Positions 11,923 through 23,963 of a stretch of DNA of 64,000 bases are shown here, one piece after another. The stretch is from contig CATNEN010000039.1 of the NCBI GenBank assembly GCA_950097015.1, positions 1,798,001 through 1,862,000 of the forward strand, given 5' to 3'. Each line of letters starts with the position of its first letter. Positions within the stretch are counted from its first letter, which is position 1. The position numbers and the translations under genes are program-made. The notes beneath the pieces were generated by a model. The model was not told the origin of the DNA. It saw only the letters and a program-made list of their open reading frames with translations, and did no database searches. The stretch comes from Macrostomum hystrix. Lineage: Eukaryota > Animalia > Platyhelminthes.

Positions 11923-14900
11923 ATAAGCAGTTTATCAATGGGCGAGTGTTGATAAGCAGTTTATCAATGGGCGAGTGTTGATGAGCGGCTTATCAAAGGG
12001 CGAGTGTTGATGAGCGGTTTATCAAAGGGCGAGTGTTGATAAGCGGTTTATCAATGGGCGAGTGTTGATGAGCGGTTTATCAATGGGCGAGTGTTGATAA
12101 GCAGTTTATCAATGGGCGAGTGTTGATGAGCGGCTTATCAAAGGGCGAGTGTTGATGAGCGGTTTATCAAAGGGCGAGTGTTGATAAGCGGTTTATCAAT
12201 GGGCGAGTGTTGATGAGCGGTTTATCAATGGGCGAGTGTTGATGAGCGGCTTATCAAAGGGCGAGTGTTGATGAGCGGCTTATCAAAGGGCGAGTGTTGA
12301 TAAGCAGTTTATCAATGGGCGAGTGTTGATAAGCAGTTTATCAATGGGCGAGTGTTGATAAGCGGTTTATCAATGGGCGAGTGTTGATGAGCGGCTTATC
12401 AAAGGGCGAGTGTTGATGAGCGGCTTATCAAAGGGCGAGTGTTGATGAGCGGTTTATCAATGGGCGAGTGTTGATGAGCGGTTTATCAAAGGGCGAGTGT
12501 TGATAAGCAGTTTATCAATGGGCGAGTGTTGATAAGCAGTTTATCAATGGGCGAGTGTTGATGAGCGGCTTATCAAGGGGCAAGTGTTGATGAGCGGCTT
12601 ATCAAAGGGCAAGTGTTGATGAGCGGTTTATCAATGGGCGAGTGTTGATGAGCGGTTTATCAATGTGCGAGTGTTGATGAGCGGTTTATCAAAGGGCGAG
12701 TGTTGATAAGCAGTTTATCAATGGGCGAGTGTTGATGAGCGGTTTATCAATGGGCGAGTGTTGATGAGCGGTTTATCAATGGGCGAGTGTTGATAAGCGG
12801 TTTATCAATGGGCGAGTGTTGATAAGCGGTTTATCAATGGGCGAGTGTTGATGAGCGGCTTATCAAAGGGCGAGTGTTGATGAGCGGCTTATCAAAGGGC
12901 GAGTGTTGATGAGCGGTTTATCAATGGGCGAGTGTTGATGAGCGGTTTATCAAAGGGCGAGTGTTGATAAGCAGTTTATCAATGGGCGAGTGTTGATAAG
13001 CAGTTTATCAATGGGCGAGTGTTGATGAGCGGCTTATCAAGGGGCAAGTGTTGATGAGCGGCTTATCAAAGGGCAAGTGTTGATGAGCGGTTTATCAATG
13101 GGCGAGTGTTGATGAGCGGTTTATCAATGTGCGAGTGTTGATGAGCGGTTTATCAAAGGGCGAGTGTTGATAAGCAGTTTATCAATGGGCGAGTGTTGAT
13201 GAGCGGTTTATCAATGGGCGAGTGTTGATAAGCGGTTTATCAATGGGCAAGTGTTGATGAGCGGTTTATCAATGGGCGAGTGTTGATGAGCGGTTTATCA
13301 AAGGGCGAGTGTTGATGAGCGGTTTATCAAAGGGCAAGTGTTGATGAGCGGTTTATCAAAGGGCGAGAGTTGATGAGCGGCTTATCAAAGGGCGAGTGTT
13401 GATGAGCGGTTTATCAATGGACGAGTGTTGATGAGCGGTTTATCAAAGGGCGAGTGTTGATGAGCGGTTTATCAATGGACGAGTGTTGATCAGCGGTTTA
13501 TCAATGGGCGAGTGTTGATAAGCGGTTTATCAAAGGGCGAGTGTTGATAAGCGGTTTATCAAAGGGCAAGTGTTGATGAGCAGTTTATCAATGGGCGAGT
13601 GTTGATAAGCGGTTTATCAATGGGCGAGTGTTGATGAGCGGTTTATCAATGGACGAGTGTTGATGAGCAGTTTATCAATGGGCGAGTGTTGATGAGCAGT
13701 TTATCAATGGGCGAGTGTTGATGAGCAGTTTATCAAAGGGCGAGTGTTGATAAGCAGTTTATCAATGGGCGAGTGTTGATGAGCGGTTTATCAATGGGCG
13801 AGTGTTGATAAGCGGTTTATCAATGGGCGAGTGTTGATGAGCGGTTTATCAATGGACGAGTGTTGATGAGCGGTTTATCAATGGGCGAGTGTTGATGAGC
13901 GGTTTATAAATGGGGCGAGTGTTGATAAGCGGTTTATCAATGGGCGAGTGTTGATAAGCGGTTTATCAATGGGCGAGTGTTGATGAGCGGTTTATCAATG
14001 GGCGAGTGTTGATGAGCGGTTTATCAATGGGCGAGTGTTGATCAGCGGTTTATCAATGGGCGAGTGTTGATGAGCGGCTTATCAAAGGGCGAGAGTTGAT
14101 GAGCGGCTTATCAAAGGGCGAGTGTTGATGAGCGGTTTATCAATGGACGAGTGTTGATGAGCGGTTTATCAAAGGGCGAGTGTTGATGAGCGGTTTATCA
14201 ATGGACGAGTGTTGATCAGCGGTTTATCAAAGGGCGAGTGTTGATAAGCGGTTTATCAAAGGGCGAGTGTTGATAAGCGGTTTATCAAAGGGCAAGTGTT
14301 GATGAGCAGTTTATCAATGGGCGAGTGTTGATGAGCGGTTTATCAAAGGGCAAGTGTTGATGAGCGGTTTATCAATGGGCGAGTGTTGATGAGCGGTTTA
14401 TCAATGGACGAGTGTTGATGAGCGGTTTATCAATGGGGCGAGTGTTGATAAGCGGTTTATCAATGGGCGAGTGTTGATAAGCGGTTTATCAATGGGCGAG
14501 TGTTGATGAGCGGTTTATCAATGGGCGAGTGTTGATGAGCGGTTTATCAATGGGCGAGTGTTGATCAGCGGTTTATCAATGGGCGAGTGTTGATGAGCGG
14601 CTTATCAAAGGGCGAGAGTTGATGAGCGGCTTATCAAAGGGCGAGTGTTGATGAGCGGTTTATCAATGGACGAGTGTTGATGAGCGGTTTATCAAAGGGC
14701 GAGTGTTGATGAGCGGTTTATCAATGGACGAGTGTTGATCAGCGGTTTATCAATGGGCGAGTGTTGATAAGTGGTTTATCAATGGACGAGTGTTGATGAG
14801 CGGTTTATCAATGGGCGAGTGTTGATGAGCGGTTTATCAATGGGCGAGTGTTGATGAGCGGTTTATCAATGGGCGAGTGTTGATGAGCGGTTTATCAATG

Positions 14901-14987
14901 GGCGAGTGTTGATGAGCGGTTTATCAAAGGGCGAGTGTTGATGAGCGGCTTATCAAAGGGCGAGAGTTGATGAGCGGCTTATCAAAG
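11923..14987. repeat. ~3.06-kb satellite, 29-bp unit with internal inverted repeat (~105 copies)
   Basis: Unit ATGGGCGAGTGTTGAT(A/G)AGC(A/G)G(T/C)TTATCA; lies between convergent genes. Confidence 0.97.
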
Positions 14988-15294
14988 TAAGATATTTACT
15001 TATAAAGTACGAGCGTAGATTTCAGTAAAGTATACTTTAGCAGGAAGAATTCTTTCGTTATTGGGAATCAGCGAAGCCTTTGCTTTCGTTGGCAGTTTAT
15101 CCCTAGCCGAAAAAATAGTTGAAGCAGGAGAGTCTGCTCCTTGAAAATACTGGAAATCTCACGCATCGCAGATTGCAGAATGGGAAGCCTTGCAATGAGA
15201 TTGCTTTCGATTTTTCTGCATCAGATAAAATTTTCTTGCTTTTCTAGATTTTTATTTTTGCAAAGTGTGCAAAATCATAATCGATAGTGGAGCG

Positions 15295-15655
15295 AGATGG
15301 GTGGTGGAGGCTGCCTGATGGATGATGGAAGCTGACTGGTGGATGATGGAAGCTGACTGGTGGATGATGGAGGCTGACTGGTGGATGATGGAGGCTGTCT
15401 GATGGATGATGGAGTCAGTCTGATGGATGATGGAGTCAGTCTGATGGATGTTGGAGGCTGTCTGATGGATGATGGAGTCAGTCTGATGGATGATGGAGTC
15501 AGTCTGATGGATGTTGGAGGCTGTCTGATGGATGTTGGAGGCTGTCTGATGGATGATGGAGTCAGTCTGATGGATGTTGGAGGCTGTCTGATGGATGATG
15601 GAGTCTGTCTGATGGATGATGGAATATGTCTGATGGATGATGGAATATGTCTGAT
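15295..15655. repeat. 21-bp minisatellite (TGATGGATGATGGAGTCAGTC variants)
   Basis: Tandem units just downstream of the carboxypeptidase stop codon. Confidence 0.9.
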
Positions 15656-15873
15656 TGGTTCCGGACAAGAAGGGACATAAAATACGAGTGTGGATGCAGG
15701 TACGGATATGTAGCAGTCGATCAGGTTTATTGTACGAGTATAACACTCTTGTCTCACAGAAGAAAATATCAGTTTAAAAAATCGATGAAAAGCCAGCTTT
15801 AGACCCAGCCGCATGGAAGTATATTTTCAGTTGAGCAGTCTGCAAAAGGCCCAGTCAAATCAGCAGGTGCAAC

Positions 15874-18800
15874 TCAGATGGCTCGAAGGAACGCAAGCAG
15901 TGCGGCGAGGGTCTCTTCGCCGACGGACACGATGTTGGACGGTGGCAGAGCGAAGCCGTAGCGGCCCGTGTCCGGCAGCTCCAGGGTGTAGGCGTACGGC
16001 ACACCGGCCGAAATGGCCCAGTCATCAGAGCCGCCGGCGGCAGGGTCTGGACGGTGGCCGGAGGGAGGGTTTGTGAATGACTCATTGACTCCCCCCGTCA
16101 GCTGGTACGAGATCTTTCTATCGTTTCTACACCATTCCGTGTCATCATCAGCCCGCACTCACAGAGCATGTCAGCGGAGTGGCCGACATCGTAGCGTCTG
16201 CCATTGACGCGCTGCAGAGCGGCAGCGCCAGTTTGCGCGGCGGCGAGCTGAAAGTAGTATGTTGGGCGTGCGACAGTAATAAACAAACTGTGCAGGCCGG
16301 CTGAGCTAGAGCTTAGGAGTGGTCTGATTGGCCGGCTGAACTGAGCTAGAGCTTAGGAGTGGTCTGATTGGCCGGCTGAACTGAGCTAGAGCTTAGGAGT
16401 GGTCTGATTGGCCGGCTGAACTGAGCTAGAGCTTAGGAGTGGTCTGATTGGCCGGCTGAACTGAGCTAGAGCTTAGGAGTGGTCTGATTGGCCGGCTGAA
16501 CTGAGCTAGAGCTTAGGAGTGGTCTGATTGGCTGCCTGAACTGAGCTTAAGCTTAGGAGTGGTCTGATTGGCCGGCTGAACTGAGCTAGAGCTTAGGAGT
16601 GGTCTGATTGGCCGGCTGAACTGAGATAGAGCTTAGGAGTGGTCTGATTGGCCTGCTGAACTGAGCTTGAGCTTAGGAGTGGTCTGATTGGCCGGCTGAA
16701 CTGAGCTTAAGCTTAGGAGTGATCTGATTGGCCGGCTGAACTGAGCTTGAGCTTAGGAGTGGTCTGATTGGCCGGCTGAACTGAGCTTGAGCTTAGGAGT
16801 GGTCTGATTGGCCGGCTTCTAAAAACATTCTTCCGAACCAAAAGGACATTCGCGCCCTTGTCATGGCATTCATGACTGATTACTCCGACAGACCTTAAGA
16901 GAGAACTCTGCCCTATCTATGAGTTCTGGAGAGTGCTCAACAAATGTTTTGTCTCTGAGCCGTGCCGTCGCCTTCTTTCGACCGACAGGGGTTAGCGGAA
17001 TGGGCAACCCTAGTCTCCCTATGTGTCCAAGGATATTGCAACTTAATTATGTCTCATTTGCTAAACACCAGCTGCTTCTGATTGGTTAGTGTCAGAAGTA
17101 CGTAAGGGGATAAGATTATAATACTGACCAGCTCGCGAACATTGCTGGGGTTCACTCGGTACTCGTAGCCGAACGGGTGGAGCCAGTACTGGCCGTAGGA
17201 GTGCACGGACCAGAAGGCCTTGACGGCGGCCTTGTTTCGCTGGATGAAGTCCCTGATCGCCTGGGTCTCAGGCTCCGAGAAGCCGCTGGCGCCCTTGTAG
17301 ACGTCGGAGCACTGGGAGCTGCTGGTGCCCTTGCCTCCAAACTGGAAGCCGAAGTTCCTGTTGAGGTCCACACCAGCGCAGGAGGTGCCGGGACGACGGT
17401 TCTTGCGCCACATGCGGTCCTTTCGAATTCCAAATCGGGTTTGGGGTGGGTGAAGTAGGCTCATAGAGACATACTTGATTTATTAACAACCAGAAACGAA
17501 GCCCCGAAGCTCACTCTTGTGTGAGAGTACTCATAGCCGTCAGGGTTGGAGAGGGGCACAATCGCCAGATTCCAGGTGTCCAGGATTCTCCTGTGCTCCG
17601 GGTTGCTGATGATCTAAATCGGTCATTGAAAGTATATTTGATTTCACTGTACTGTGGTTGCTCAAAAACTCGAGCAATCAGATGATATCATGCTCCGACC
17701 TGGTCAATAATGTACAGCAGGGTGGCTGGGCTGATCCACTCGCGAGCGTGAATGCCACCGTCCATAAAGATGATGGGGTTGGAGGACTTGCTGCCCAGCT
17801 GCAATAGAAAGATGCGCATTGCTATGGATTGGGGTGGGTGAGTGTTGTTGAAATGTTGTTTCAGTCCTCGAGACGCGGAGATGGGTTGGTGATTGGGGCT
17901 AGAGTGTGGTTTCGGGCAGGGAGTGGGGTTGGCGATAGGGGTTGACCGGTTGCTTCAGGCAGGGATTGGGGTGGGTGTCTGGGTATGAGGTGTCGCCTCT
18001 GGAAGGAGTGGGGTCTGAAATTTTGTTTCGGGCATGGAGTGGGGTGGGCGTACGGGGTCAGGACTCGCATCAGACAAGAATAAAAACTCTAACGAGCACT
18101 AAATCCGAACCAGCCCATGAAGGAAATCGAGGCTCTCACCCTGTAAGCGATTATGTCGCGGCCCTCAATACTGCGGCCGATGACCTCCTTGGAGCACTGG
18201 CTGCCGCATCGGTTGATCAGAGCGCCAGCCAAAGCGTGGAACTGCGGGTCGGAGCGGATTTAAAGTCTGAGCAGCAATGGCTCTAACAAATTTTGGCTCA
18301 AAATTCGTCGTCTAAACAAAATCCGTGGACTCACCTCGTCGTATCGGTGGTACTTCGTGTGGTCGCTCAAGGCCGCACGGTTCATGTCGCTCTCCTGGGC
18401 GATTAGGCTGAAATTGGCGGCGAATTCAGTCCATGCAAAATCGCTCTGCTAATAAAATCGGAAGCGAATGGGAGGAAAATGCAAAACTGGCGGACAATTT
18501 GATTGCCCCGGCTGTCAGTCACCGAGGGGTCAGGATGTGAATTCAAGCAATGCAATTTTAATTCCGAATTAAAGAGGCTGCTCAAATTATTTATGAGATC
18601 CTGGCACTTCCGATCCGCGAACCGTTCTGGAAATGTCCCTATGAACACTGATTTGCTTTCCACTCTCACCGTCCGAGATCCGGGTTGCTGACGCGGTAGA
18701 CAATACCGTGCTGGGCCAGGGCCGCCCTGACGTCCTGCAGCTGCTTGCGAGTGACGCGCAGCTGAAGGTCGCGACCCGGAGCGCTCGGAGCCGACCAGAA

Positions 18801-19345
18801 GTCCAGGAATTCGGCCTGCCGTGCAAAATGTGAGGGGCTGGTAGGTGATAAAGGCTTGAATCTCACGTACCCCAGGGTACGTGAGATCATTTAGTGATTG
18901 TAGACCCAAATGCAGGCAGCTCTGCACATTCCGCTGATTCCAGAGCACACACGCACACAGATACTGTACGCAGCACACGCTCACGCAGGTGTGTACATCT
19001 GCCCTGACTTTCTCATCGTCAGGCAGTGTACACTTTCACTGTGTCACTGTGCTTTTGAGGTTGGCCCTCGAGGATGCAAATTGCACGACACGCCCCCAAG
19101 CCTTTTCTCCGCGGCTGCGCCCAAAATAAATGTGGCCTCGCCGCGGAACCGAGCTCAGGCAAACCTGTTAACCAGAAGATTTCACAAACCTCCTTGCCAT
19201 GCAGTCCCTTCTCGCGCCAGAACTCCAGAAGTTCCACCTGCTCCTGACTGCTTGGCGACAGGGTCAGGACCTGGTCGCCCATGTACTGCAGCGGGCTGTA
19301 GGCCGACACGGCTGCGGCCAGTAGCAGAAATATCAAAGGGTGCAT
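15874..19345 (-). CDS. Secreted zinc carboxypeptidase, M14A, carboxypeptidase B-like zymogen
   Basis: Nine exons: 19190-19345, 18670-18815, 18335-18407, 18140-18241, 17700-17798, 17515-17613, 17129-17419, 16163-16247, 15874-16046. Signal peptide, pro-domain (LDFW), GIHAREWISP, NPDGYEY, WRKNR, GVDLNRN, HSYGQ, YPAAGGSDDWA (Asp at the specificity site as in CPB), YTLEL catalytic Glu. Confidence 0.95.
16296..16817. repeat. 40-bp minisatellite in carboxypeptidase intron
   Basis: Unit GCCGGCTGAACTGAGCTAGAGCTTAGGAGTGGTCTGATTG, ~13 copies. Confidence 0.95.
18895..19156 (-). mobile_element. tRNA-headed SINE, family A (partial, in carboxypeptidase intron 1)
   Basis: Shares CTGCCCTGACTTTCTCATCGTCAGGCAGTGTAC and flanks with copies at 20383, 25072 and 38531. 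Confidence 0.75.
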
Positions 19346-20089
19346 TGTGCGGGGATAGTTCAGCTTAGATGAAGTGATTAGTAAATAATCCTTAGCTGGG
19401 GTGCCGTGGGTTCGCCTTTATGTGCAGCTCTTATCTCACCGACTGCGAGTCAGAGAAGGACAATGTCTTCTGCAAAGTGTGGAAACCGGGACATCTGCAG
19501 CCGCCATCTGTCGCTGTCCTGCGTGGGCTCATTGTTTAAATTTACAGCCCGGGACACAGGCGCCAGCGTACAATGCTTTGCATAATCGACTTTCCGCTCT
19601 AATTGTGCCTCTACAATGGGTGCAAATGGCTCAGTGCCCACGCACTCGACTGTCTCCGCTGCTTATCTTGACACCTCGGACACGGCAAAGCATTTGCCTC
19701 ATAAATTCAATGTTCACATTCTATGTAACTGCTCGTGAAAATGTTGTTTGATTTCCCCAAATTCACAGTGCGCACGGGAATTTTTTCGGTTACATTTTTA
19801 CAGCCGAAATTTCAAACGGAGTTAAAAACTTTGAACTATCAAGCTCATCAAACAATGTCCTCTAAGAAGATGGAGAATTGACAGAGATACTGGCGAATCA
19901 CAAATTTGTAAATAGCTCAGATGACAGAGGCTCGAGAAACAGCAGCGATCACAATGCTATCACAAAGCTCCACACGTAAAACTGACTAGAGTAATTTTTT
20001 CGACATAATTTTTCGTTGCCCAACTGCAGAAATATAATTTATTATAAAATCAGCACCTGATATTGCGTGTGGAATCACATAAATAATTA

Positions 20090-20155
20090 TAACAACAACA
20101 ACAACAACAACAACAGCAACAACAACAACAGCAACAACAACAACAACAACAGCAA

Positions 20156-20254
<99 letters not shown>

Positions 20255-20263
20255 AAACAACAA

Positions 20264-20306
<43 letters not shown>

Positions 20307-20316
20307 AATAATAATA
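20090..20316. repeat. (AAC)n microsatellite
   Basis: About 75 AAC units ending in AAT. Confidence 0.97.
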
Positions 20317-20382
20317 GTTTTTTTCTCGCATTAAAAGTTTAAAGTTTTTGTAGAAGCTGTAGAAAGTTGAGAATTCAATTAA

Positions 20383-20715
20383 GGGATGAGCGGCTGAGCG
20401 GTTGACGCGTTTGCCTCTCGCACCAAGGTCCCTATGTTCGACTTCGAAGACCCTCACATCAGATAGGGGGCTTTGGGGCCTGTTATTTACGCTTTACGCA
20501 ATTCGCACCATTGAGGTCCAACCTCTAAGACACAGTGACACTGAAAGTTTACACTGCCTGACGATGAGAAAGTCAGAGCATGTTGTACACACCTGTGTGA
20601 GCGTGTGCCTGCGTACTGTGTCTGTGTGCTCTGGAGTCAGCGACAATTGCCTCCTTACTGGCTGCGGGTCTATAGTGTCACCAAGTGATGTGCCATTGTC
20701 CGCAGCCCTCCTGCA
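20383..20715 (+). mobile_element. tRNA-headed SINE, family A
   Basis: Head GGGATGAGCGGCTGAGCGG...GTTCGAC, core CTGCCTGACGATGAGAAAGTCAG, 3' GTGCCATTGTCCGCAGCCCTCCTGCA identical to the 25072 copy. Confidence 0.8.
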
Positions 20716-20896
20716 ATTTTTATCATTATTATTGTGAGAATTCAATTATCAGAAAGTTTTTTATCAATAAACCAATGGGCTTGCAGGAAGCAGGGCCACG
20801 GACACCGGACAATCAGCATGGACCAATCAGCTACGCGCTGATGGCCATTATTCGCTCATTGAAATAGAGACTGCTAGCACAGAAGCCGGACTAGCA

Positions 20897-22081
20897 ATGC
20901 CGGCTATGGACGAACTACTTTTAGCCAAGAAGCTGTTCCTGCACCTTCAGAATCATTCTTTGCTGGACACGGGCTCCGGGCAACCGGCGAACACTAGCAG
21001 CGACCTGTCAGCCGAGCTGATGATCCTGATCGGCCCTATCAAGCGGGCAGCAGCCGCAGCTGTGGCCTGCATGTCGGCCGTGTCTCTTCTGGGCAACGGC
21101 CTCGTCTGCAGCGTTCTCTACGCCTACCGCGGCCTCCGTACGGCCACAAACATCTTCTTGCTGAACCTGGCCATCGCTCAGATCCTCCTGGCCCTGATGT
21201 CCGTGTCCGTCAACCTGGTGAAGCTATTCGCATCAGCCAGCAGCTGGGACGGCCACGGTGCTGCCTGCTCCGCTGCCTACGTCACCAACGGAGCCTGCAC
21301 GAACGCCATCAGCTTCACGCTGGTCTGCATCGCGATCGACCGCCACCGGGTGATTGTGTCACCGCTGAAACCGCGTCTGTCCTGGTTCAACGTCAAGCTG
21401 ATGATCGGCGTCAGCTGGTTCGCTGCAGTCGGTCTCGGCCTGCTAAATAGCGGCGTCTTGTTCACACCGTCGGTCACGACGCTGCAGAGCGCATTCCAGC
21501 CGCCTGCCCGAGTGATCTGCGCCTTCATGGCCGGCTCTGGCGACGATCTTCTGCGCTTCGTTCTGAGCAACAGCGCCTTCGTGTGCCAGTACTTGGCACC
21601 TCTGACCATCATTGTGCTGATCTACTGCCGGATCATGCGTGTGCTGTGGACCGCCAGGCTGCCCAATGATCCTCGCCAGCCGAAGCGTCGCAGAACCCTG
21701 GCGATGTTGGCGCTGGTGATGCTTCTGTTCTTTGTCTCCTGGTCGCCGATTCACCTGTACGTCATCAGCAGCAACTGGCGCAATGTGAGTGACATTCGGG
21801 CCGAGCTGCTGGCGCACGCAGTCTGCTACTGCCTGGGCATCAGCAACATCTGGTACAACCCCATCATCTACGTCTGGCTCAACGTCAAGTTTCGCCGCTC
21901 ACTGTTTCACCTGATGTCCCGCTGCTGTCATCGTCACTGGTGTCGCCAACCCGTCGAGCCACCGCAAAGACGGAGGAGCCTCCTGCGGCGCAATCGTCAG
22001 GATCAGCGGCATCCGGGGCTGCCAGACGAAAACGCTTTCGAAATGCGAGTGGTAGCTGCGAATGGAAGGCCCGTGGCCTGA
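20897..22081 (+). CDS. Class A GPCR, neuropeptide receptor-like (GPR83/RYamide/NPY-receptor group)
   Basis: Intronless 394-aa ORF with seven hydrophobic segments, GN (TM1), TNIFLLNLA, IAIDRHRVIVSPLK, SWSP, YNPIIYVWLN..FR. Confidence 0.92.
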   Translation: MPAMDELLLAKKLFLHLQNHSLLDTGSGQPANTSSDLSAELMILIGPIKRAAAAAVACMSAVSLLGNGLVCSVLYAYRGLRTATNIFLLNLAIAQILLALMSVSVNLVKLFASASSWDGHGAACSAAYVTNGACTNAISFTLVCIAIDRHRVIVSPLKPRLSWFNVKLMIGVSWFAAVGLGLLNSGVLFTPSVTTLQSAFQPPARVICAFMAGSGDDLLRFVLSNSAFVCQYLAPLTIIVLIYCRIMRVLWTARLPNDPRQPKRRRTLAMLALVMLLFFVSWSPIHLYVISSNWRNVSDIRAELLAHAVCYCLGISNIWYNPIIYVWLNVKFRRSLFHLMSRCCHRHWCRQPVEPPQRRRSLLRRNRQDQRHPGLPDENAFEMRVVAANGRPVA

Positions 22082-22169
22082 TACTGCCCGAATCCATGCG
22101 TGCTGACTACGAAATATTCGCCATATTTGAGTACTTTTTTACCTGGATAACAAGGTGATGGGTTACTGA

Positions 22170-22985
22170 CATTCCACTGTCCACAGATCTGGTTCAGCTG
22201 GTTCAGTTCCAGTCCACAGATCTGGTTCAGCTGGTTCAGTTCCACTGTCCACAGTTCTGGTTCAGCTGGTTCAGTTCCACTGTCCACAGATCTGGTTCAG
22301 CTGGTTCAGTTCCACTGTCCACAGATCTGGTTCAGCTGGTTCAGTTCCACTGTCCACAGATCTGGTTCAGCTGGTTCAGTTCCACTGTCCACAGATCTGG
22401 TTCAGCTGGTTCAGTTCCAGTCCACAGATCTGGTTCAGCTGGTTCAGTTCCACTGTCCACAGTTCTGGTTCAGCTGGTTCAGTTCCACTGTCCACAGATC
22501 TGGTTCAGCTGGTTCAGTTCCACTGTCCACAGATCTGGTTCAGCTGGTTCAGTTCCACTGTCCACAGATCTGGTTCAGCTGGTTCAGTTCCACTGTCCAC
22601 AGATCTGGTTCAGCTGGTTCAGTTCCACTGTCCACAGTTCTGGTTCAGCTGGTTCAGTTCCACTGTCCGCAGATCTGGTACAGCTGGTTCAGTTCCACTG
22701 TCCGCAGATCTGGTTCAGCTGGTTCAGTTCCACTGTCCGCAGATCTGGTACAGCTGGTTCAGTTCCACTGTCCGCAGATCTGGTACAGCTAATTCAGTTC
22801 CACTGTCCGCAGATCTGGTACAGCTAATTCAGTTCCACTGTCCGCAGATCTGGTACAGCTGGTTCAGTTCCACTGTCCGCAGATCTGGTACAGCTGGTTC
22901 AGTTCCACTGTCCGCAGATCTGGTACAGCTAATTCAGTTCCATTGTCCGCAGATCTGGTACAGCTGGTTCAGTTCCACTGTGCAC
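22170..22985. repeat. 35-bp minisatellite (AGTTCCACTGTCCACAGATCTGGTTCAGCTGGTTC)
   Basis: About 23 tandem copies in the GPCR 3' region. Confidence 0.95.
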
Positions 22986-23599
22986 GGAGACAGCGGAGAA
23001 ACTCCAGTTTTTTGCTGTTCTATATATACTTCTGTGAGTAGCGAATGCAGATATCTTGAAACGATCATATAGAATTTGTCTAGACTTTTCATCCTCAGTC
23101 AGAAACGAGCTCATATCTGGATCTATCTGTGTACTTTTACTCAAATCAGCTCAAACTGCTGCTTTTGACCCTTCTTTGACCGTTGGTGACACATTTGGCC
23201 CTATTAGCTGAAAATGAAATATCTGCCAATTAACAGTGAAAAGACTGTTATATATTATATACAGCAGTGAAAAGCTGTATTTCGAAAATCTTCCGTATCT
23301 TCTAAAATATGCAACCAATCGCTGGATATAAAATGCAAAACACGGGCTAAAATTTTCCACTCTATCTGATGAATAAACCTTTAGAATCACTAAGCATAAA
23401 AACATCTGCATCGTCAAGACATTCAACGATTCTCGTCGGGGTTTCAGGTGGCACCACTGATATAGGCATATTATTATGCTAACAGAATTAACCGCTGCTG
23501 AAACCAAAGCTTACTTACTCACTTACCAAAACTTCTGCGATTTTACTCATCACAAGTCCTGCCGTCTTCGTCTTCGTCTTCGTCTGTGGACAGGAGCAG

Positions 23600-23963
23600 C
23601 TGCGGAGAAGTCCGCGAACCAATCAACGGATAGCGGGCACAGCTTGGACGGAGAAGTCCGCGAACCAATAAGCGGAGAGTGGGGACAGCTTGGACGGAGA
23701 AATCCGCGAACCAATCAGTGAATAGCGGGCACAGCTTGGACGGAGAAGTCCGCGAACCAATCAGCGGAGAGTGGGGACAGCTTGGACGGAGAAATCCGCG
23801 AACCAATCAGCGGAGAGCGGGCACATCTTAGACGGAGAAATCCGCGAACCAATCAGCGGAGAGCGGGCACAGCTTGGACGGAGAAATCAATCAGCGGAGA
23901 GCGGGCACAGCTTGGATGGAGAAATCCGCGAACCAATCAGTGGACAATGGGCACAGCTTGGAC
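23600..23963. repeat. 46-bp minisatellite carrying CCAAT boxes
   Basis: Unit GGAGAAGTCCGCGAACCAATCAGCGGAGAGCGGGCACAGCTTGGAC, ~8 copies. Confidence 0.9.

Noticed and set aside
11923-14987. CRISPR-like array (29-bp palindromic repeat)
   Set aside because: Units are head-to-tail with no unique spacers, there are no cas genes, and the context is eukaryotic.
20050-20457. Poly-Cys, poly-Asn and poly-Leu ORFs
   Set aside because: Reading frames of an (AAC)n microsatellite.
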